The notes under the pieces: model-generated
Told to the model about the DNA's origin: nothing
Seen by the model: the letters and a program-made list of their open reading frames with translations, nothing else
The model's database searches: none
Position numbers and translations under genes: made by a program
NCBI GenBank assembly: GCA_035293405.1
Contig: DATDOE010000113.1
Location: forward strand, 28,263 to 92,262
Length of the DNA: 64,000 bases
Origin: Vicinamibacterales bacterium
GTDB taxonomy: Bacteria > Acidobacteriota > Vicinamibacteria > Vicinamibacterales > UBA2999
Direction of reading: 5' to 3'
Shown: one piece after another, positions 19,079 to 26,130 of the stretch
Numbering within the stretch: the stretch's first letter is position 1
Layout: each line of letters begins with the position of its first letter

Positions 19079-20042
19079 GTTCGGCTCCGCCCGCGAGGAG
19101 ATAGAGGACCGCCATCCGCACGGCGACGCCGTTGGCCACCTGGTCGAGAATCACCGAGTAAGGACCATCGGCCACTTCTGATGCGATCTCCACGCCGCGG
19201 TTCATCGGACCTGGGTGCATGATCATCACGTCCGGTTTCGCGAGACGCAGCCGCGCCTCGGTCATGCCGAACACACGAAAATACTCACGGAGCGACGGGA
19301 AGTACGCGCCTTCCATGCGCTCGAGCTGAATCCGCAACAGCATCACGACGTCCGCGCCGGCGACCGCCTCATCCACTGAGCTCGTCGGCGTGACGCCGAA
19401 GCGACGGATGTCGGTCGGGAAGAGCGTCGGCGGTCCACACACCCAGACATCGGCGCCCATCTTGGTCAGCAAATGAATGTTCGACCGGAGCACGCGGCTG
19501 TGCAGCAGGTCGCCGACAATGGCCACTTTCAGGCCGGCCAGCTGCTTCTTCCGCTCCCGGATCGTGAACGCGTCGAGCAGCGCCTGCGTCGGATGCTCGT
19601 GCATCCCGTCGCCGGCGTTGATGATGGCTGATCGGCAGATGCGCGAGAGCAGGTGACACGCACCCGAGGATGAGTGGCGCAACACGATCATGTCCGGGGA
19701 CATCGCCTCCAGATTGAGGGCCGTATCGGCCAGCGTCTCGCCCTTGACGACGCTCGAGGTGCCGATGGCGATGTTGAGCGTGTCGGCGCTGAGCCGCTTC
19801 TCGGCAATCTCGAACGAGGTGCGCGTGCGCGTGCTCGGCTCGTAGAACAGGTTGACGACCGTCTTGCCGCGCAAGGCCGGCACTTTCTTGATCGGCCGGG
19901 TCCCGACTTCCTTCATCGCCTCCGCCGTGTCGAGGATCAGGGCAATCTCGCCGGGCGTCAGGTCGGCGATGCCGAGCAGATCCTTGTGGCGCAGGGCCGT
20001 CACAGCCGGCTGCCGATCGATCTCAGTGCTGGCCGTCGTCAT
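19062..20042 (-). CDS. pyrB: aspartate carbamoyltransferase catalytic subunit
   Basis: '[13 protein letters not shown]', 'HPTQALLD', 'HPGPMNRG'. Confidence 0.95.
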   Translation of the reverse strand: MTTASTEIDRQPAVTALRHKDLLGIADLTPGEIALILDTAEAMKEVGTRPIKKVPALRGKTVVNLFYEPSTRTRTSFEIAEKRLSADTLNIAIGTSSVVKGETLADTALNLEAMSPDMIVLRHSSSGACHLLSRICRSAIINAGDGMHEHPTQALLDAFTIRERKKQLAGLKVAIVGDLLHSRVLRSNIHLLTKMGADVWVCGPPTLFPTDIRRFGVTPTSSVDEAVAGADVVMLLRIQLERMEGAYFPSLREYFRVFGMTEARLRLAKPDVMIMHPGPMNRGVEIASEVADGPYSVILDQVANGVAVRMAVLYLLAGGAEHEEAA

Positions 20043-20581
20043 GCGCTCCCTCCCTGCTCCACGATCACTTCGTCCTGGCCGTCGATCTCCAGCAAACGCA
20101 CCTGCACGCTCTGCTCGGGAGACGTCGGCAGGTTCTTGCCGACGTAGTCGGCCTTGATCGGCAGCTCCCGATGCCCGCGATCCACCAGCACGATGAGCTG
20201 GATGCCCTTCGGGCGGCCGAAGTCGATGAGCGCGTCGAGCGCGGCCCTCGTGGTTCGTCCCGTGTAGAGCACGTCATCCACGAGCAGAATCTTGCGGTTG
20301 TCGATGGAAAACTGAATCTCGGTCCGGCGCACCTGGGGCTGAAGGCCCACGGTGTGGCGCATCAGATCGTCGCGATACAGCGTGATGTCGAGCGCGCCCG
20401 TGGGCACGTCCTGACCGGTGATCTCGCGCAGCGCGCGGGCGAGACGCTTGGCGATCGGAACGCCGCGCGTGCGCACGCCGACCAGCGCGAGGTCGTCGAC
20501 GCCCTTGTTGCGCTCGACGATTTCGTGGGCGATGCGGGCCAGCGTACGGCCGATCCGATCCGCATCCATGACTACGGGCAT
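20039..20581 (-). CDS. pyrR: bifunctional pyrimidine operon regulator / uracil phosphoribosyltransferase
   Basis: 180 aa. '[21 protein letters not shown]'. First gene of pyrR-pyrB-pyrC, with an ATGA-type 4-nt overlap with pyrB. Confidence 0.93.
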   Translation of the reverse strand: MPVVMDADRIGRTLARIAHEIVERNKGVDDLALVGVRTRGVPIAKRLARALREITGQDVPTGALDITLYRDDLMRHTVGLQPQVRRTEIQFSIDNRKILLVDDVLYTGRTTRAALDALIDFGRPKGIQLIVLVDRGHRELPIKADYVGKNLPTSPEQSVQVRLLEIDGQDEVIVEQGGSA

Positions 20582-20633
20582 GCGGACCTCTCGAGGGGGA
20601 TGTTGTGTGGGAAAACGCGTGTGGGCATGTTCA

Positions 20634-20667
20634 CCTCTTCGCGGCCTCGCGGGACCGCAGTTAAAGA
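20634..20667 (-). promoter_or_regulatory. PyrR-binding RNA leader motif
   Basis: The minus strand reads 'UCUUUAACUGCGGUCCCGCGAGGCCGCGAAGAGG'. This resembles the Bacillus-type binding loop (UUUAA ... GUCCAGAGAGGCU ... GAAGG as I remember it), with a GCGG/CCGC stem around 'UCCCGCGAGG'. Confidence 0.55.
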
Positions 20668-20675
20668 GTGAAGCG

Positions 20676-20684
20676 ATTATATCA
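20676..20684 (-). promoter_or_regulatory. extended -10 promoter element (TGATATAAT) for pyrR operon
   Basis: On the minus strand, 20684..20676 reads TGATATAAT, a perfect TGnTATAAT, about 95 nt upstream of the pyrR ATG and just upstream of the PyrR-binding motif. Confidence 0.6.
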
Positions 20685-20737
20685 GTTCAACAGGTTCGAT
20701 GGGTTCAACGGCTTCCAAAGGTTCAATCGGTTCCCAA
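20684..20737. repeat. six tandem imperfect 9-bp repeats (GGTTCAAYN)
   Basis: agttcaaca ggttcgatg ggttcaacg gcttccaaa ggttcaatc ggttcccaa. Followed by the hairpin CCAAGGGT-aggcga-ACCCTTGG (20734..20755). Confidence 0.85.
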
Positions 20738-21282
20738 GGGTAGGCGAACCCTTGGCGACTAACTCGAGAGTAATCCGATGGTGGGAACGTATCGGCCTCG
20801 CCGTCGATCGATTCCTCTGCGGCTCACCATCTTTTCATCAGCACTCACCTCGCGCCAATTACTTGAAAATGGCGCGGTTGCGGCGGTCCGATTAAATCGA
20901 TTTCCGTCGCAGGGACACCCTCAGGGAACAACAGCTGCTGCGGCCGCTGCTTCTGATTTAGAGACGCCTGCACACACAAGTCCGAGGCGCGAGGTCACAC
21001 CTTCTCAGCGAACGCCAACGATACCCTCTCACACCGAGTTCTTCGATCGAGTCGGCGTGATGGGTCGATCTGCGCAAGCGTCAGCTCCTCGCGGAGTTTA
21101 TCGCGCTACCGTTCAAAACTCGTCAGGTCGATGTCCTGCGCGTAGAGGAACAGTGACCTGTTCTGTCACGGAGCTGCGTTATTCTCTGTTCCTGAGTCGA
21201 TACATTGTCTTGGGGTGTCTCCCCAAGCCAATGCAATATCTTGTATCGAGGCGTCCAACCAGATTACCCTCAATCGATTTTC

Positions 21283-23406
21283 ATGGCTGTCTTGACCCAG
21301 GTCCCTTTTCCGTCGGCTTCTGCAAGGCCATTGACTGCGCACCGGCCTGGACGCTCCCTCGCCGGGGCCGTCCAGGCGCGACAGCAGCCGCTTGTTGAAG
21401 CCAGAGGACTGCTGGTGGATGCGTTGCGGGGCAGCCCGGAAAGTTCGGAAGCATTCGCTGCAATCTTCGCGGTCCGCTCGCCGAACCAATTCACCGACAC
21501 AAATCCAGACTCCATTCCCGAACGGGCAGCGTGGGCACTCGTGAATATGTACTTGCTCGGTGCTGATGCTGGAGCACTGATCTCGGATTCACTGCGCTCC
21601 GCCGAGGCGTGGTTCCTCGGATCTCGGGCGCAGTATCTTCCGTCACTAGCAGAGTGCGTCGATGTCCCAACCGATCGCGCTTGTGCGATGTTGCTGTCCG
21701 TCGTGACGATCGACCGCGAGTTCCGGGGACTTCTTCCGTACGTCCTGGAGCCGTTCGACTTCGCGCACCGTATGAGCGCAATGCGGTGCGCGGAATCAGG
21801 AAAGCAGCGTAGACAAAAGCGCTCGTCAGGTACTTTCTACACGCCTGGCGACGTAGCCACGAGCATCGCGCAGCACGCGGTCGGATCGGTCCTGACAGGC
21901 GGACGGGCGATCGATCCCGCGTGCGGAACCGGTGTCTTCTTGTTGGCGCTCTTGCGCGAGTTACGGAAGGGGGGCGATGCTCGCACGCCCTTCCAGATCT
22001 GCGGTAACAGCCTCTACGGGATCGACGTCTCGGACCTTGCCGTCGAGTCATGCGCGTTCGTCCTTGCGCATGAATGCCTTGACGAGATCGAGCACGTCGA
22101 CCCATGGGCAGTGTGGCAGACGATCCGCCTGAATCTGTGGGCGACCGACACGACACGGATTCGGTTATCGATCAATTCGCCCGATGGGACGGAGAGAGAA
22201 TGCGCCAGAAATGCTCTGTCGGCAAACAATTCAACTCCGGCAGGCTTCGTTGGAAAGAACGACACTGGGGCATCGCTCTGGCGAGAATCTGATCCCACGG
22301 ACCTCTGGAGCGTGTTTCCTGAAGCCGCGGGCGGATTCGAGGCGATCGTCGCTAATCCTCCTTACGTTCGAACCACATCTGAACCTGGCAACCTGTATAT
22401 TCGCTTCGTTGAGCAGATGATCAGGCTTGCGCGACCCGCGCGCAGCTTCATCGGAGCCGTTTTGCCGCTCTCTGTCGCGTTTTCTTCTGACGACGAGACG
22501 AGAAACCTCCGGCTGGCATTGACTCACGCTTCAGGCACTTGTCGTTTCGCTTTTTTTGACCGCGAGCCTCACGGCCTATTCGGGGAGGAAGTGAAGACTC
22601 GATCGGCAATTCTGTTCCGTCAGATCGAGCCGGGTGCTGGGCCCGCGGTTGTCCAAACGACTTCATTGCTACGACTCACAAGTCGATCGCGCGCCACGCT
22701 TCTTGAATGCCTGCCGGCTGTCAGCTTGGGACATCAAGACATTCGCGATGGCGTACCCAAACTCGGAAGCGACGTTGAAGTTGATGCATACAACCGGCTG
22801 ATCACCAGGCGGTTCCGGAACAGCGACCTCAGGTTCTCCGCGGCCCCCTTCACGTCTTGCCTTGGTGACCAGGGCGAGGATTGCATTTACGTGGGTCCGG
22901 TTGCTTACAACTTCATCAACGTCGTCAGACGCCTGGAGCTTGTCCCTCGTCCGGAGGGTACACCGACGAGTTCGAATTTCTTGAGATGCGAATTGACGGA
23001 TTCCGTGACCGCGGACGCCATTTTCGGGCTGTTCTCCAGTAGAGTTTCGTACTGGCTGTGGAATGTTCGCGGAGACGGATTCCACGTGTCCAAACGGTTC
23101 GTTGAAAACATCTCGACCTTCTGGGGCGATTTCCCCGCGAGCGCCCGGGCGACCTTGGCCGGAAAAGGCAAGGAACTATGGGCGGCTGTGTCCCGATCGC
23201 CGATCGTCAGCCGAAACGCGGGTGCATGGAGTGTCGCGTTTTCACCTTTGCCATATCAAACTCTCTTAACTGAGATCGACGCTATCGTATCGACGCACCT
23301 TGAGCTGCCGGAAGACTTCTCGGCTTTGCTGCGACGCGCTGCGGTAGAAAGAATCGTTGTGAATCCAGATGAAAAGAAGAGACGCGAACTTGTCGGCCAC
23401 GAGTAA
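21283..23406 (+). CDS. gamma-class N6-adenine DNA methyltransferase (Eco57I/TaqI-like) with long N- and C-terminal regions
   Basis: Motif X 'GTFYTPGDVA', motif I 'IDPACGTGVFLLALL' and motif IV 'IVANPPYVR', in gamma order. The start is uncertain: TTG 21205 or ATG 21283. Confidence 0.85.
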   Translation: MAVLTQVPFPSASARPLTAHRPGRSLAGAVQARQQPLVEARGLLVDALRGSPESSEAFAAIFAVRSPNQFTDTNPDSIPERAAWALVNMYLLGADAGALISDSLRSAEAWFLGSRAQYLPSLAECVDVPTDRACAMLLSVVTIDREFRGLLPYVLEPFDFAHRMSAMRCAESGKQRRQKRSSGTFYTPGDVATSIAQHAVGSVLTGGRAIDPACGTGVFLLALLRELRKGGDARTPFQICGNSLYGIDVSDLAVESCAFVLAHECLDEIEHVDPWAVWQTIRLNLWATDTTRIRLSINSPDGTERECARNALSANNSTPAGFVGKNDTGASLWRESDPTDLWSVFPEAAGGFEAIVANPPYVRTTSEPGNLYIRFVEQMIRLARPARSFIGAVLPLSVAFSSDDETRNLRLALTHASGTCRFAFFDREPHGLFGEEVKTRSAILFRQIEPGAGPAVVQTTSLLRLTSRSRATLLECLPAVSLGHQDIRDGVPKLGSDVEVDAYNRLITRRFRNSDLRFSAAPFTSCLGDQGEDCIYVGPVAYNFINVVRRLELVPRPEGTPTSSNFLRCELTDSVTADAIFGLFSSRVSYWLWNVRGDGFHVSKRFVENISTFWGDFPASARATLAGKGKELWAAVSRSPIVSRNAGAWSVAFSPLPYQTLLTEIDAIVSTHLELPEDFSALLRRAAVERIVVNPDEKKRRELVGHE

Positions 23407-23440
23407 TGCTGTGAAGAAACCCAAGGGGATGAAGGCTGAG

Positions 23441-24340
23441 ATGACGGACCCGATCCCCAAGGCGATCAAAGCGAAGAGCATCGTCTCCAAAGAGGAATGG
23501 CGAGAGTACACAAAGACCGTCTGGCATATCGCGAATGTCTCAGACCCTGATCACCCAGCCGTGTTTCCGGTTGAGATTCCGCACAGACTGATCAAGCTTT
23601 TTAGCTTTTATGGTGAGGTGGTCTTGGACCCGTTTGCGGGCGTGGGTACCACAGCTCGCGCCGCCATTCCCCTCGGCAGGAGAGTGGTGTGCGTTGACCA
23701 GAATCCGCAGTACATCAGCGCAATCAAGACGCGGTGTGCCGCGTTGAGTAACGGAAGGCCAGCCTCGGAGCTTCTGACTGCGGTGAGAGGCGACAGCAGA
23801 TCATTGTCAGCTCTCGCAGACAATTCCGTCGGGTTGGTTGTAACAAGTCCCCCGTATTGGGACAAGGCAGACTACGGCGACAGTCACTCGAACCTCGGCA
23901 GCATCGGGAACTATTCAGATTTCCTGGGCATGACGAAGCGAGTGTTCGCCGAATGCCTGCGAGTGCTGAGTCCTGGCCGGAAACTCTGCATCGTCACCGC
24001 CAACGTGAACCAGCATACGGATCACGGCCTGCTCACTTTCCCTTTGGCCGCGGATTTTCTTCTGCAGGCCCGAGAACTTGGGTTCGTTCTGATCAACGAA
24101 ATCATTTGGTCGAAAGATGGGACAGGTGGGAAATGGGGATCGTGGGGTTCGCAGCGGCCGATTTTTGGAAGCTACCCCTATCCGCCGAACTTCTTGTTCA
24201 AGAACGTGCATGAGTACGTATTGATTTTAGCCAAGCCGCCACAGAAACGAATCTCTGGCAAGAAGGTTCGGTCCTATTCAGACCTAATGACCTCTGTGAT
24301 CCCGCCTGTTGCTGAAAGGCATCGACGGCGAATGCAGTGA
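23441..24340 (+). CDS. N4/N6 DNA methyltransferase (PF01555-like) with permuted motif order
   Basis: 'HPAVFPVEIPHRLIKLFSFYGEVVLDPFAGVGTTARAA' (motifs X and I) lies N-terminal to 'LVVTSPPYW' (motif IV) and 'IIWSK'. The ATG at 23441 has 'GAAGG' 5 nt upstream. Alternative starts are 23429 and 23369. Confidence 0.85.
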   Translation: MTDPIPKAIKAKSIVSKEEWREYTKTVWHIANVSDPDHPAVFPVEIPHRLIKLFSFYGEVVLDPFAGVGTTARAAIPLGRRVVCVDQNPQYISAIKTRCAALSNGRPASELLTAVRGDSRSLSALADNSVGLVVTSPPYWDKADYGDSHSNLGSIGNYSDFLGMTKRVFAECLRVLSPGRKLCIVTANVNQHTDHGLLTFPLAADFLLQARELGFVLINEIIWSKDGTGGKWGSWGSQRPIFGSYPYPPNFLFKNVHEYVLILAKPPQKRISGKKVRSYSDLMTSVIPPVAERHRRRMQ

Positions 24341-25416
24341 GCTTCCACGTCCAGCCTGACCGGGTCAGATTTTTCGAAGTACTGTCCGTTGGCCTCGAAC
24401 AGGGACCGTGGACCGACTTTGCGATCGCAGTGGCGTGGGCTAGGGAAAACGCGGTCGCCTCAATGACTCCTGTGTTGAGTCAATTCCTTCAGGCCGGGGG
24501 CCGGTTCAAGATTACGGTTGGAATCGAATTGCTGGGCACGTCCCGCGAAGCCCTTGAAAGCCTTCTTGCCTTGGAGAGGTATGGCTTTGCAGAAACATTC
24601 ATCTACCATAATGAAGCGCCCGAGGAAACGTTTCACCCCAAGATCTACCTGTTAAGTGGACGCGGTCGAGCGAGACTCATCGTTGGTTCCAGTAACCTCA
24701 CCGGCGGTGGGCTGGCGACCAACGTAGAAGCTGCACTCGAACTGGAGTCACCGGTCGATGGACCAGCCATCGTAGAGGCCGTTCGCTGCCTCGCAGGGCT
24801 GCGAGATTTGCAAGATCCGAGAGTCAAACGTTTGGACGCGGCCTTTCTCGCTGAACTCGTTGCATCTGGGTACGTGATCTCCGAGGCCGAGATCAGGACG
24901 CGCCGGGCAACGCAAACACGCGCACGGGCGGCAAACGCGCGACCGCGGAACAGACTATTCGGCACGGTTCGTCGTGCGCGTCTCCCAGGCGCGAGGCGGC
25001 CGCAAGTGCAAGTCGTCGAGGCTGCCGTCTTGCTACTGCGACCTCGCCGAGCATCAGCGACCGCGCGTAGAACGCAGGTGCAGGTTCCCATTCGACTGAC
25101 TCGCACACCGTTCTTCACGGGTGTCGCGTCGGTCGTCAGCGCACATGACAACCGTAGGCATGGGCTACGGCGGGCGCGGGCTCGCGGCGGCCTCAACACT
25201 GTGAAGCTCGAACTGCCGGAGACTGACGCAATCGAGAATTTCGTCCTGCGTCTCACGAAACGTGGCGATCGAGTGACCTACGAAGCGTTTTCGACAGACT
25301 CGGAACTGGGGCGGCCGATCGCTGACGCGCTCCAGGCCGGACTGGAAACAGATCCACCGACAACAACTGCCACGATTCCGAACCTCGACCGCGCGACCCT
25401 GTATCGATTCGTCTGA
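24337..25416 (+). CDS. PLD-family (HKD) nuclease, putative BfiI/NgoFVII-like restriction endonuclease
   Basis: A single HKD-type motif 'FHPKIYLLSGRGRARLIVGSSNLTGGG' in the N-terminal half, an Arg-rich linker and a separate C-terminal domain. The GTG start overlaps the methyltransferase stop as GTGA. Confidence 0.75.
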   Translation: MSFHVQPDRVRFFEVLSVGLEQGPWTDFAIAVAWARENAVASMTPVLSQFLQAGGRFKITVGIELLGTSREALESLLALERYGFAETFIYHNEAPEETFHPKIYLLSGRGRARLIVGSSNLTGGGLATNVEAALELESPVDGPAIVEAVRCLAGLRDLQDPRVKRLDAAFLAELVASGYVISEAEIRTRRATQTRARAANARPRNRLFGTVRRARLPGARRPQVQVVEAAVLLLRPRRASATARRTQVQVPIRLTRTPFFTGVASVVSAHDNRRHGLRRARARGGLNTVKLELPETDAIENFVLRLTKRGDRVTYEAFSTDSELGRPIADALQAGLETDPPTTTATIPNLDRATLYRFV

Positions 25417-25490
25417 TTTCGAGAGTCCTGCCGACCTGCTGTGGGGCGCTGTCCACAGCCGGAACGGCGGAGTTACAAGCGGTCTTTCGT

Positions 25491-25997
25491 ATGGACTACG
25501 AGTTCCATGTTCAGGATCCGACGTCGCCAGACACGGTATACCTGTTTGAGGCGATCATCGATGCGGCACAACTCGCCACCGAGTTGCGTGGCATCTTCGC
25601 CTTCGCCAGCCAGTCGCGGCTATCGAAAGGGTTCTCGCCGCACAGGTTCCTGCGGCGGGTGGGCGGTGGCACCAGGTACACTTCAAGGTACATGTTCACC
25701 CAGCGCACGCGCGAGATCGGCGTCCGCATGGCGCTCGGTGCGCGGAACGCCGCGTTGAAGCGAATGTTGCTGAGTCAGATACTGCTGGTCACTGTCATCG
25801 GTGTGACTCTGGGTCTCGCCGGAGCGGCGCTGCTGACGCGGCTCATGGAAACGCTGTTGTTCGGCGTTGGCGCACTCGACGCAACGACCTACGTGACCGT
25901 CTCCGCGATCCTCGTCATCACGGCAGCGCTCGCAGCCTATCTGCCGGCCCGGCGCGTGACACGCATCGACTCGATGCAGGCGCTGCGCGCGGAGTAG
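25491..25997 (+). pseudogene. chimeric remnant: unrelated 5' segment fused to the last FtsX/MacB-type permease segment
   Basis: From about aa 75, 'QRTREIGVRMALGARNAALKRML...LFGVGALDATTY...PARRVTRIDSMQALRAE' is the typical C-terminus of a much longer FtsX-domain permease. The N-terminal 70 aa are unrelated. Confidence 0.7.
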
Positions 25998-26130
25998 GGC
26001 CCTCCGTGGGAAGCCCGATCCGTGGTGTTCTGCCGGTCGTACGTCTTCACTCATCACCAACGCGGTCAGCATCGAGTTACGCGCCAGCGCGGGTTGTTAC
26101 GCACTCTTCGAACCTTTCGAACTGTGAAAC

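Noticed and set aside
16499-19222. 907-aa ORF on the plus strand
   Set aside because: It runs antisense to the GNAT, PRTase, pyrC and pyrB genes, has Arg/Gly/Asp-rich composition and no recognisable motifs. It is a typical shadow ORF of a high-G+C genome.
20668-21398. ORFs of 75 and 206 aa at the left edge of the island
   Set aside because: The first is simply the translated 9-bp repeats ('[16 protein letters not shown]'). The second has no motif or RBS and overlaps the methyltransferase start. The region is treated as non-coding or degenerate.
20582-26130. Integrase, transposase, tRNA attachment site or flanking direct repeats for the R-M island
   Set aside because: None was recognised by eye. 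Island status rests on composition, gene content and the truncated permease only.
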